From Octopus sinensis (lineage: Eukaryota): a stretch of DNA of 64,000 nucleotides. The stretch lies in assembly GCF_006345805.1 (NCBI RefSeq), contig NC_042998.1, forward strand, positions 43,400,001 to 43,464,000, read 5' to 3'. Shown in pieces: positions 37,763 through 50,093 of this stretch. Both the position numbers and the translations under genes were made by a program. Position 1 is the stretch's first letter; each line of letters begins with the position of its first letter. The notes under the pieces were generated by a model that saw only the letters and a list, made by a program, of their open reading frames with translations, did no database searches and was not told where the DNA came from.

Positions 37763-38903
37763 TCAAGGAAAAGTGCTTTCTCTTTTCTTTTTCGGTGGAT
37801 TTTCTTTCATGTAAATTGTCCAAAGATATTTTACAAGATCTGAAACAACCAAATCAGTTGAGTTTTTGCCAACAACTCTCATTAACAATACACCGTCAAG
37901 TTTGAGATAGTCATCTGCGAATGATAAACACGAATGTTTGGAAGGTTTATCCCCGCCTATTTCATTGATAGTTAGATACTTAAAAATATAGTTGACATAA
38001 CTCCTTTTAGAGAGCATCCTATATATCCATCCTAATAAATTAAGCAGACTGAGCCCGCTGATTACAGCAAAAAAGAACCATAAAAACATAAATACCTTTT
38101 CGTTCAGAACATTTATAGGCAAGACACATTGCGTTTTTAGTGTTACTACTTGACTCATCTGTCGGAATTTATAATCACAATATGCGATCCGTGGGAATAT
38201 CGAATTATTAAACATAACTTCAGTATTCTGTACATATTCTGCTACATGCAATCCAAAACTAGAAAACTCAATTCTTAAAAGACTATTTAGCAAGTAGAAC
38301 TGAGATATTGCATTTAAGCAATATAATAACTTCATAATGAAATACAAGATTGTGAGATATGATCCCCGTTTAGGCTTCATTAGAGAAAGTAAATTGCGGC
38401 TCCTCCGTTTATTCGATTCAATCCATCGATTAATATAATCGCCGATATGTTCGATTGTTTCTTGTCGATCCTTCTCCGAGCCAAGCTGTGTCTTCTCTGA
38501 GAGTTGCGCAATTTTTTCTAGATTCATACCCGATCCTTTGTTCGTCATTTGCCAAATTATATTTGGCGTCTTGAATAACAAAGCTTCAAATAGCAAAATT
38601 ATCGGAACCCATAGGTAGTAATGTATGACGTCTCTTTTTTCGGATAAGTTTGCGATGTTATCTGGAACATGATACAGTGGGCCCGTCCAACAGAATGTTT
38701 CAATATAATCTCTTTCATCTTTTCCTTCTTTAGGTATATAACAAGTAATAGCATTTCCTATATATGTACCGCCTGTGACCACAATCGAAAATATAACGAG
38801 AACACAAACTGTGTAAATGTGATTGATTCGGTCGATGAGGTCATCGTCGTAGTTGCCCGCAAGTTTCGAAAATGAGGCAAACTCAGCTATTGATTCAAAT
38901 ATC
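37763..38903 (-). CDS. Innexin (gap-junction/pannexin family), main coding exon; 5' exon not located
   Basis: YDDDLIDRINHIYT, ITCY/FCW, HYYLWVP...FKTPNIIW and FPRIAYCDY...CVLPINVLNEKVF. Acceptor TTTTCTATATTTCAG ends at 38904 (phase 2). Stop at 37765-37763. Confidence 0.96.
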
Positions 38904-40540
38904 CTGAAATATAGAAAATGAAAGTGATTTAAGTGGCAAGTGATTAGTATCATATTTATTAATAAAAATCAATCGATATATTTGATTATAGAAAAGGAAA
39001 ACACGACTTTTAAAAATATTCCATTTACTTTACTAAAAATTAAATGCATGCGTTTAATTTCAAAAACGGATTATCCATTTTTAATATTAAGTTATTGACT
39101 TGATGTCTACGTTTTATATTATCAACTGTTCTATTATATTATCAACGTACATAGTGGTTTAATTATACAACGAAATCGAAAGCCCTTTTTTGTAATAAAC
39201 ACTATTTATATTATTTGTAAGATTGATAAATAAATATTTTTAGGGACATACTTTTTTTTTTAAGGATATACTTTTTTTGTAAAATCTACAGTTCAGTGGG
39301 GAGGTGATTGGATTTGCTGAGACTGGGTCCAGTCATATGCACTTTACACTGATATGCAAATAAGGATATATAGCGCAGTGTATTAAGATTTGTTGACGCT
39401 TTAGAAATGTAGTCACACTGAAACCATATAATATGATAGATATCTTCTTCATACCATAGCTAAGAATATTTACTACTTGAAGTAAAAATGAAAATAATTG
39501 AAAACTCTTATGGCAGAAGATGTGATAAGTGTAACAAGAGATGACAAAGAATAATGAAGAGGTGATAACTATAACAAGGAATATAGTTTTCAAAGATTCT
39601 GTGTCCAAAGTCTACACATTCATTACTGTTTATATTGCTACCATCTCGAGAATCAGATGATTAGAAACAATAAAATTTCTCAAGAAATTAGGTTTTTCAT
39701 GGATTTCTATAAAGTTTGAACAATCTTATAAGTTTCAATATCTAAGAAAATTTTTTTATCCATTACTAGTATTAATGAAACTGTCACAGTATACTGAAAT
39801 AATTGGCAGATCCATCTTCTTATCACTTTATTCAATGGGTCTATATGACATCAGTATATTTTCACTGCAGCAAGATATATTTTTGGAAGATACGAAAATA
39901 AGATTTGTGAAAGCTACTCTCCAGTAATTTCTACTTTTCTACCGTACAGTAAATACTAAATATTATGCAGGTGACGATATTACTGATATTTTAAAAGCAT
40001 GCCATACATTACATGGTATTTCGTATAGATGCATATATATGATTTAATTTGCTCATTTATGTATACCACCGTATTAGCATATGTGAACATAAGCATCTAT
40101 GTAAATATCGACATATGCAGTTATCTATGTACAGTTAGACTTTAATATGTAAATATCTTATGAGTATTATAATTTCCATATTTTGATATATATGGATGTG
40201 AATGAAGGTATATTTATAATGTGGGTTTGAATAGTTCATAGGCTGACTATGAAGGTTGATACTAGAGCTGTGAATAATTGCATGCCTTTATTTCAATTCT
40301 TCTTATTAATAATCGCTAATCTCCTTGTTTATCCCCCCGGTAAACTGACATCTGACTGTTCAAAGAAGAGTTCAAAAGCAACTAGTAGCGTCTCTCTTGA
40401 AAATGAACATAGGGTGGCATCGCGATGTTCTCAAGTACCTTCAGAAAAAGTAATTAGCCCCGGGTAGCTGAATTTGGAAGGAGGAGGTAGAGTCTTGAAG
40501 ATCACCCAAAATCTGGACGCCTTGCAAATGAGGAAAATAT

Positions 40541-40928
40541 TGGCTGTGCGGTAAGTAGCTTGCTAACCAACCACATGGTTCCGGGTTCAGTCCCACTGCG
40601 TGGCATCTTCGGCAACTGTCTTCTGCTATAGCCTCGGGCCGACCAAAGCCTTGTGAGTGGATTTGGTAGACGGAAACTGAAAGAAGCCTGTCGTATATAT
40701 GTATATATGTATATATGTGTGTGTGTGTCTGTGTTTGTCCCTCTAGCATTGCTTGACAACCGATGCTGGTGTGTTTACGTCCCCGTCACTTAGCGGTTTG
40801 GCAAAAGAGACCGATAGAATAAGTACTGGGTTTACAAAGAATAAGTCCCCGGGTCGATTTGCTCGAGTAAAGGCGGTGCTTCAGCATGGCCGCAGTCAAA
40901 ATGACTGAAACAAGTAAAAGAGTAAAAG
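40541..40928 (+). mobile_element. Family A SINE
   Basis: Near-complete match to 13673-14085. Confidence 0.88.
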
Positions 40929-41039
40929 AGTATATATATATATATAGAGAGAGAGAGAGGGGGGGAGATACATAGAAACACGCACACACACATACATATA
41001 TGTTTACGAGTAGTTTTCACGTTTTATGAATGGTCTCTA

Positions 41040-41280
41040 GTCGCTTAATGACCATCCTCGTTCAGGGCAACCGGCGACCTCGCGACGAACAATTAACGAA
41101 GTTGTTGATGTAGCTAGTGTGTCTTGAAGCTCCTGCTAACGAATTTTGAGCGAGGAATACCGGATGTAAAGAGTTGCAACAAAATTTGTGCCTCGCTTGC
41201 TCTCGGAAGATCAAAGGCAGTCACGACTGATTGCGTGTCGTCAAGTGAAAGAACAGTTGGAAGTTGATTCAAGCCTTAAT
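41040..41280 (+). mobile_element. Mariner transposase fragment
   Basis: DDHPRSGQP and KFVPRLLSEDQRQSR. Confidence 0.65.
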
Positions 41281-41328
41281 ATATATATATATATATATAT
41301 ACTTCATTTTAAGCAGCAGAAAATTCAA

Positions 41329-41379
41329 CAAAATCTGTTACTCTGAGTTTCTCGTTGCCGTTCATCAGAGAGTTTTTGC
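41329..41379 (-). ncRNA. Type I hammerhead motif (left arm, stem I mismatch)
   Basis: Same as the 41762-41811 motif but with CTCT instead of CTGT in stem I. Confidence 0.6.
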
Positions 41380-41761
41380 TAGAATGGAACCGATATATCA
41401 ATTCATTCTAGACTCTTACAAACGCTACACCTTTAAAAAGAAATGGACTTGTTTGATTGGCCCTTTAGAAAAAAAACGGTCAACCTGTTATAAATTTATA
41501 ACAGGTTTAATTCCTATGAATTAATTTATACTTTCTTCATTAATGTCAATATGTATTTTATTTAATGTAAGGTTTTTTCCTCGGATTTTATAATTTTTTA
41601 TAAGCTTTTTATATATATATACATATATTTTTGACCTTTTTGTTTATCGCTCGAAGATTGACCGTTTTTTTCTAAAGGGCCAATCAAACAAGTCCATTTC
41701 TTTTTAAAGGTGTAGCGTTTGTAAGAGTCTAGATTGAATTGATATATCGGTTCCATTCTAG

Positions 41762-41811
41762 CAAAAACTGTCTGATGAACGGCAACGAGAAACTCAGAGT
41801 AACAGATTTTG
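41762..41811 (+). ncRNA. Type I hammerhead ribozyme motif (right arm)
   Basis: CAAAAACTGT CTGATGA A-CG GCAA CG-A GAAAC TCAGA GTA ACAGATTTTG. Predicted GUA cleavage after A41801. Confidence 0.72.
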
Positions 41812-41907
41812 TTGAATTTTCTGCTGCTTAAAATAAAGCATATTACTCTACCACTGGTATTTGAGTACTCTTTTTTCCACCTTGTTTCACATTTATGTGT
41901 TTACTCC

Positions 41908-41951
<44 letters not shown>

Positions 41952-41956
41952 ATATA

Positions 41957-42085
41957 TCAGCCGAAATTGCGAGGATGATCCGGTTCTTGACTGAAGATTG
42001 AAGGCTTCGAATGTCCCGTCCGTGTTTTTTGTATCGTCTTCTAAATGTTTTACGTTCTTGTCCCAGTTTGTATTTTTCTACATAT
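41957..42085 (+). mobile_element. Second copy of the 18598 fragment (5' part)
   Basis: Near-identical to 18598-18725. Confidence 0.7.
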
Positions 42086-42095
42086 AATATATATA

Positions 42096-42504
42096 TACTC
42101 TTTTAGTCTTTTACTTGTTTCAGCACCACTTTTAGTCGATCAAATAGACCCCGGGACTTATTCTTTGTAACCCCAGTACTTATTCTATCGGTCTCTTTTG
42201 CCGAACCGCCAAGTTACGGAGACGTAAACACACCAGCATTGATTGTCAAGCGATGTTGGGGGAGTGGGCAAACACAGACACACAAACATATACCTGCACA
42301 TACATATATATATGTGTGTGTATATATATATATATTATATATATATATATATGACGGGCTTCTTTCAGTTTCCGTCTACCAAATCCACTCACAAGGCTTT
42401 GGTCGGTGCATTTAGTAGAAGACACTTGCCCAAGGTACCACGCAGTGGGACTGAACCCGGAACTATGTGGTTCGTAAGCAAGCTACTTACCACACAGCCA
42501 CTCC
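42096..42504 (-). mobile_element. Family A SINE
   Basis: Reverse complement of the family A consensus. Confidence 0.85.
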
Positions 42505-42587
42505 TATATATAAAACTGACAACTGAAAATATTTTGGTATTATTTAGTCACCATTACACGTGTTTCATTTCCTATACATAGGCATGC

Positions 42588-42733
42588 AGGTGTGACTTTG
42601 TGGTAAGAAGCTTGCTTCCCAAACGCATGTTTCTTGGTTCAGTCCCACATGGGCAAGTGTTTTTACTATAGCCTCGGATATTTGGTAGACAAAGTGGATG
42701 TGATAGACGGAAACTGAAAGAAGCCTGTTGTAC

Positions 42734-42781
<48 letters not shown>

Positions 42782-42978
42782 TATATATATATGTGTGTGT
42801 GGTGTGTGAGTATGTATGCATGTATCACCGCTTGGCAACCGGCGTTAGTGCATTTACGTTCCCCTATCTTAGACTTAAAAAATCAAAGTCCTGGGGTCGA
42901 TTTGCTCGACTAAAACCTTTCAGCGCTGTACGCCAGCAAGGGCCGCTGTCAACTGACTGCAAGTAAAAGAATAAAAGA
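42588..42978 (+). mobile_element. Family A SINE (diverged)
   Basis: Head and 3' half are recognisable. Confidence 0.75.
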
Positions 42979-42986
42979 AAGAAAAC

Positions 42987-43025
<39 letters not shown>

Positions 43026-43215
43026 CATATGTGTGTGTATGTGTGTATGTATGTGTTTATATACGTATATATATGTATGTATATATATATATATGTGTGT
43101 GCGTGTGTGTGTGTGTGTGTGTGTGCGTGTGTATTGACAGAAGTGGCAAGACAACAAAAGAATGAAAGTAACCTCGATATTATGTAAATAGAGGAATTTA
43201 TCTGTAAATATAATA

Positions 43216-43440
43216 TGTGACAATTATTCGGTAGCCTTGATAAAACTCCGATTTTCGAATGTCGATGCGGAAACCCACGCCGACATCTCTTCAGTTTTCA
43301 GACCATCGAAAAAATGCTATGAAAATGACGGTCATTTTCATAGCACTTTTTCTATGGCCCGATAACTGAAGTGTTTCCGGCGTGGGTCTCTGAAATCCGA
43401 AACTCGGAGTTTTATCATGGCTACCGAATAATTGTCATAT
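43216..43440. mobile_element. Foldback/palindromic MITE (~225 bp)
   Basis: The whole element is self-complementary around G43330, with a perfect core GCTATGAAAATGAC-G-GTCATTTTCATAGC. Confidence 0.85.
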
Positions 43441-43726
43441 ATATATATATATATATATATATGTTGAAAGAAAAAGTCGTCAAAAGTTTTGAAAGATAAA
43501 CATTTTTTTAGCGCTTTCGTTCATTTTTCGAACTCATATTATTTTGTTCAAATAATATTTTGTGAATGTATAATACAATCAGCCCGTTCATTTATATAAA
43601 ACATGTTTTTTGGGGGGTTTGTTTGGAAGGGAACATTGTTTTTGTTTCACAATGGAGATGGATAGATAGAAATATAGGTAGGTAGATAGGCTGATAGATA
43701 GAAGGATAGATAGACAGATATGTAGT

Positions 43727-43781
<55 letters not shown>

Positions 43782-44313
43782 TGACTATCCCCCTTCCTAT
43801 TCACCAAACATTCGTTTATTTATTTAGTCCTTCGCCATTGTATTGGAATGTGTTTAAGGATGGTGACCGCTTCAAAAGAATGAAAAATAGTGCGGTTTGG
43901 TCATCTCTGAAAGTCATTTTGCTTTCTTTCTCTCTTCTTCTTTTTTCCTTCCTTTTCCCCCTCTTTCTTTTTTTTTTCCTCCTGTTTTGAGTTATATTTA
44001 GAATACAAAATGTACTGTCACCCTGACCAAGTGTTCGTTTTTAGAGGGAATTTTTTGATGAGACGTAGTGAAAAAACATTAGTACAATATGTGCTAATTA
44101 ACAACTTGAAAACATCAATCAACACACAAAATAAAATGGAAATACACGCACACACACACACAAATATATATATACGTATATATATATACATCCCAATGCT
44201 ACACATATATATCTGAACATTTGTAGAGATGAGCATCATTTGGAATAAAGTATTCAAGTTCTCCACTTTACCTTAAAACATAAAAATTTGGGGAGAATCC
44301 CTTGATGAAGTGT

Positions 44314-44344
<31 letters not shown>

Positions 44345-44544
44345 CGTGCGTACGTGAGTGCGTGTTTGTGTGTGTATGTGTGTGCATGTGTGTGTGTGTG
44401 TGTTTAGGAACATGTCCATGTTTATACTGTGTAACTTCGATCACGCCTCTTTCAATTTCATGAGTTTTCGTTAGAGAACATTACTATAACACTTACAAAA
44501 TGTACTGTCTCTGGTTTTCTTTCAACGCACACGCACACACACAC

Positions 44545-44617
<73 letters not shown>

Positions 44618-45100
44618 ATACATACACATACACACACATATTTATTAAAACGTTTAATTAAGAGTGAAACAGTTTTCTTATCGTTTCAGAGACCTGATTC
44701 TGAGTAAAGAATGCAAAGAAGTCATCCTCAAAGAGGAGGCCTTGTCCGAATCTTCGCAACACACAGGATTCAGCAAACTCTGCTGGTATTTATCAAAGCA
44801 AAGGATCAATTTTACTACCCAAACAGTTTATGGCGACTTCGAACTTATAACGTAAAGGGACTTAACAACTAGGATAATATATCAGCTCTGACGTTCCTAT
44901 ACTAGCGCCAAACTACCACAACTCATTCCTACGTTTGTATCAAACCCGAAAGACGGATAGAAAAATTTAATCACTCCTATTTTCATCATATATCTAAGTG
45001 TGATCAAGTTTGTGTATCTGTTTTGCTTGTACGTGCGTGTGCAAGTATGCGTGTACTTGAGAGTACACACACACGCATACAGACACACAAACACATGCGC

Positions 45101-45145
<45 letters not shown>

Positions 45146-45148
<3 letters not shown>

Positions 45149-45335
45149 GAAGAATTCATGAAAAAACGAAAGACGAAGACAGGTGGTGTAGATGTATAAC
45201 GCTCAGGAATTGAAAAAGTCTTTTACGTTTCGAGCCTACACTCTTCCACAGAAAGGAACACAGAAAGAAACAAGGAGAGAAGCACGGAGAGGGAAAAAAA
45301 TGTGTGTAGTGGCTACCGATCTATCATGGCGACTG
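45146..45335 (-). mobile_element. Copy of the 17582 small HHR-like element
   Basis: Minus strand reads CTTT CTGTGGA A GAGT GTAG GCTC GAAACGT A AAAG. (TA)n on both flanks. Confidence 0.55.
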
Positions 45336-45373
<38 letters not shown>

Positions 45374-47153
45374 ATGTGTGTGTGTGTGCGTGTGTGCGTG
45401 TGTGTGTATGTCCGCAGACAAATGACTGAAACAAGTAAAACAATAAAAGAATATATATATATATATATAAATATTTCTGTATGATTTTATGTGTGTACAG
45501 TATATTTATATGTGTGTGTGTGTGTATCTGCATGCGTGTTTGTGTGTACAGTAATTGAAATATAAAGAATATCAGATTTAAAAAATTAAATGGAAGAAAT
45601 ATATGCTTACATAACAGTTTTTCTGGTGATATGAGCTTAGAAACGTATTCTCTAAGGATACTGAACAACTTTGAAAAGACTGGTTTTTAAAGCATGTATG
45701 GGATGTGTTTATTTAAGTACCGCCTACTTAATTGGCACTTATAGCGTAGAAGCAATTTGCTCAGATTCCGAGGCCGGATCTGAGTAAGTATAAGGATATT
45801 AATAAATAATACATATTCTAAATTTTATCTTGAAAGAGTGTCATAGCGTCTACCTCTGGAATTGTCTCACTGTGTATATTAACCATATGTCAACCAATAG
45901 TTAGGGCGCTGTGTTCAGAATCCGGGGCTAATGCATTTTGGTACCTCTCTTTCAAAAATGTTTTTTTCAGTTTCCTACATTTTAGATGGCGGAGATTACA
46001 AATATGCAAAAAAAAATCACTCCCCCACCATCACTACTACCAACCCCTCTCCCATTTAAAATTTTGAACTTTTATTGAATTTTTTTCCCCTATGTTTTAA
46101 ATGACGGAGATTCCGGATATGCAAGAAACTACGTTTTGAAACTTTTAAACTCAATAACCACACAGATAAGTGTATAAAGAGATAGATATGAATGTCTTCC
46201 TGGGGCTAAAAACAACAGTAACACAGTCTTCTATAAGACCACCACATTTAGTTGACAAATATATTTTATGAATAAACAGATAGGGATAAATAAATAGACA
46301 GACAAATAAATAAATGGATGAAAAAGTTCAAAATTTTAAATTGGGGAGGGGTGAAATTTGAGCCCCTTATTAAGCGTTATAACATTAATCATTAAATATT
46401 AATGTTTGTTTCTCATAAAATGGCTCACATGGAGATGTGGTGTATATTGAATTTACATTATTATTATTTACGATTATTTAAGGCATATACAAGTAAAGCG
46501 CAAATTCTTTTCCCTTTAATGTGTTTGTATTTAATTTCGATTTGCATATTGGACCATAGGTGGGACTCTCGGTAGTAATTTCCGTGAGTAAATTTTTCTT
46601 AAGCACCCAACGATAATTGTTTACTTTTACTTGAGTTTAATCCGTTAGTATAGCTACTGCCCTTTGATAATCATGTTAGTATTTTCTTTATATATAGTTT
46701 CTTGATAACTTCTTTTTTTAAACATCTTGACCCCATCCCTTCAAATTGCACCTACTCATTAATAAATTACTAGCTCACTCTTTTACCCACGGACCCTGTA
46801 ACCCCTTGATGGCAAATTATATGCGCTTAACATATTGGGTTTCTAGACTATTTGTCTAGGCCATGTTTTCTTTCCTTTTCTTTCTTCCCTTTGTTTATAT
46901 TGTATGTCCTTGTTTTTTACTCTAATGAAGCTCCGTTGCCATAATTCGAAAACCCTATGAAGATGAAGTACTTTATTCTCGCATTTATTTAGAGACAGTA
47001 TTTTGGTAACCTATCATAAACGGCCGTAAGATATGTTACGTTAGCTATTTTATGTCAGGCTTTGTATTAATAAAATAAGCTATAAATGTGGTCCAGTCGA
47101 TGTGTTAATCTGTTTTTTTTCCATTTTCTAATTATTTGCATTAATAATAATAA

Positions 47154-47217
<64 letters not shown>

Positions 47218-47296
47218 GGGAATATTATTCCAAACTTACAGGGGAAAATTCACTTTAGTAATACTAAATCAAATTTCACAAAATATGATATATGTA

Positions 47297-48213
47297 TATA
47301 AATTAGAAAAAAATAAATATGTACATAAATTAGGATAAAAACCACCTTTTACCAATTCAACAATGAAATAATTAAATTATTCCATATAGAAAAAAATAAA
47401 TATAAGATAAAAACATATACCAATGATTAAATAATATACAAAATAATAAATAAAATGTATATAATTGATAAAATGACTACTCTATTTCATGGCTATATTT
47501 ATTTATAATAATAATTGGTGTGTATATATTTGAACCATTCTCTATTTTTAGTTCTTATATTCATAGTTTGGACTAGCATTATGTATATAACTTAACATGA
47601 AGTTTTTTTAGTATATATTACTTAATTAGAATAAGATTTAACTTAGATGTTTATTAAATAAATAAATTAATAATTAATTTAATTTAATGTATATTGATTA
47701 TATTATAGTATTTTAGTTTTCACTTAATGTATATGTTGTATTATATATATATATTTGCTTTAAATATTTAAATTTCATTATATTTTAATTTTCTAGTAAT
47801 GATATATTATAGTTTGTTATTCTTTTCTTATATCAGTTAAAATTTATTTTCATAGATATAATAAATATTTATACCTGTTTATTCTAGTTTTATTTACACC
47901 AGAATATATGTGTTAAGATATTTCGTGGTTTACGAGATTATATACGTATATTTATTTATTTAATTATTTTAATGTTTTTATCTTGGACCTGAAGAGTGGC
48001 TATATTTAAATTGAATTGATTTTACTGTTATCAGTTTTTAAATATAGCCACGAAACACGTGCAGTCATTTTACCAATTATATACTTTTTATTTATAATTT
48101 TGTATATTACTTAATCATTGGTATATGTTTTTTATCTTATATTAAATTTTTTTCTATATGTTAGAATTTAATTATTTCATTGTTGAATTGATAAAATGTA
48201 TTTTTTTCTAATT
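47297..48213. mobile_element. Penelope-like pseudo-LTR remnant with diverged inverted arms
   Basis: ~47297-47501 is the diverged reverse complement of ~48039-48213. It contains an HHR. Confidence 0.65.
47986..48066 (+). ncRNA. Minimal type I hammerhead motif, probably inactivated (U16.1 to C)
   Basis: GAC CTGAAGA [perfect 15-bp stem II GTGGCTATATTTAAA/TTTAAATATAGCCAC] GAAAC ACGT GCA GTC. Confidence 0.7.
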
Positions 48214-48217
48214 CATA

Positions 48218-48249
<32 letters not shown>

Positions 48250-48877
48250 ATGTATGTATGTATGTATGTATGTATGTATGTATGTATGTATGTATGCATT
48301 ATATTTTTATATACTTTATAGGGGCGAGGGTTGAAAAATCAATAGGGTACTAGAAAAAACATGTCTCATACTATTTTAATGCATTTTTTCAAGTTCAGAA
48401 TACAAAGTTCGCATTGGTTGACTTTTCTTTTGATCCTTATGGAATCGATGAAATAGTTAATAGATGGGGTCACATTCATCGATCGTGTACTCGAACTAAG
48501 AGTTGTATTTGTGTTCAAAATTGGTAATATCTTTATGTAAACTACAGATTGGTTTCTGGATATTATTTACACACTCAAAGAAATCAGATAGAAAAAGTAT
48601 ATTTCTTGGAAGATTTGCCACAGCAAATATAACAAACTTTTACCGAAATAATGGATTTCTTTAAAATATATTCTATAGACAAAATATTTTGACATATGAT
48701 ATTATAGATTGATTTCTTGCATTAACAGATAAGGGAAAATACTTTTTATTCTTTACTGGATGTATAAAATCAATTGAATTAACTGAAGTATATTACTATT
48801 AGACAAATAGAGGTATATGAAATGTCACAAAGATGAATTGCTGGTTTATTGAAATTATCTCCGTATGTACAGGATGT

Positions 48878-49182
48878 GTGGAGGCGCAATGGCCCAGTGG
48901 TTAGGGCAACGGACTCGCGGTCGGAGGATCGCGATTTCGATTCCCAGACCGGGCGTTGTGTGTTTTTATTGAGCGAAAACAACTAAAAGCTCCACGAAGC
49001 TCCGGCAGGGGGTGGCGACCCCTGTTGTACTCTTTCGCCACAACTTTTTCTCACACTCTCTTCCTGTTTCTTGAGTAACGCTGCGATGGACTGGCGTTCT
49101 GTCCAGCTGGGGGGAACACATACGCCACAGAAACCGGGAAACCAGGCCCAGGAGCCTGGCTAGGCTTCAAAAAGGCGAAAGA
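48878..49182 (+). mobile_element. tRNA-derived SINE (family C head, third body type), complete
   Basis: 13-bp TSD ATGTACAGGATGT at 48865-48877 and 49183-49195. Confidence 0.9.
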
Positions 49183-50037
49183 ATGTACAGGATGTACCAT
49201 AACTACCAAATAGCAATTAAGACCAGCTCCATTAGAGAGGGGAGATAATCTCAAGAATCAAGAATTCTATCACTTGATTTTCCATTAATGAAAAGGGCAG
49301 GGTTTATTGTCTGGAGATTAAAGAACAATCGTTGACACGTATTTCAGTAGTCGTCATCAGCAACATAATTGTCCGACCTTATCTTCAGTAGCAAAGGGAA
49401 TTAGATTTATACAAAGAAGAATAGAACACATTCATGACATGTAATTTTCATGATTTAAGCAAAAGTGACCTAAGAGAAATAACTCAGATTGCCACTGGCA
49501 TGTATTTGAGCAAATACATTCCACTGATCAGTTTCTCAATTATATTTCGATTTCTTAGCAAGCATTAGAAAGTTATATGCATTATCAAACGAACAACAAT
49601 TGAAAATCTTCGCGCTTAACAAAAAACTATGACCTGTAAAATATGGAATTTCTTTTAACAACTTGAGTGGTAATATAGTCATGCGAACACGCAAGCACAA
49701 TCACACACACATTGTACTTCTGGTCTCATAGTCTTTCTTCCTCTTTCTGTTTCTCTGTACATACACATACATACGTATGTACATATCTACATGTGGAAAA
49801 TGTCATTACTCAGATGTTCAACGACTTTTTCCAAATACAAATACATTTTTTTCCAAATGTCCTGAAGAAGAGGTCATATTCTAGAAATACAGAAATACAA
49901 GATATAAGTGTAATTTTTTTTTGTTTTCTTTTCCTTTTGTATTTTACATTGTACCTTCTCGCATTGTTCCACCTTTATACAACAAATCTCTTTAAAGTTA
50001 TACCTCATAAAGCTTCACTACCTCATTATGTATGTGG

Positions 50038-50093
<56 letters not shown>

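Larger units (their letters stand above)
41303..41838. repeat. Near-perfect inverted repeat (~180-bp arms), one HHR per arm
   Basis: 41303-41483 is the reverse complement of 41658-41838, with only a few mismatches. Confidence 0.92.

Noticed and set aside
39333-39608. Hydrophobic 91-aa ORF upstream of innexin 2 as a third innexin or receptor fragment
   Set aside because: It lacks innexin signature motifs and neighbouring frames have many stops. AT-rich DNA readily gives hydrophobic ORFs. A tBLASTn search would be needed.
49331-49364. Minus-strand CTGATGA...GAAAT ACGT GTC motif
   Set aside because: Stem II barely pairs and stem I is out of register. Probably decayed.
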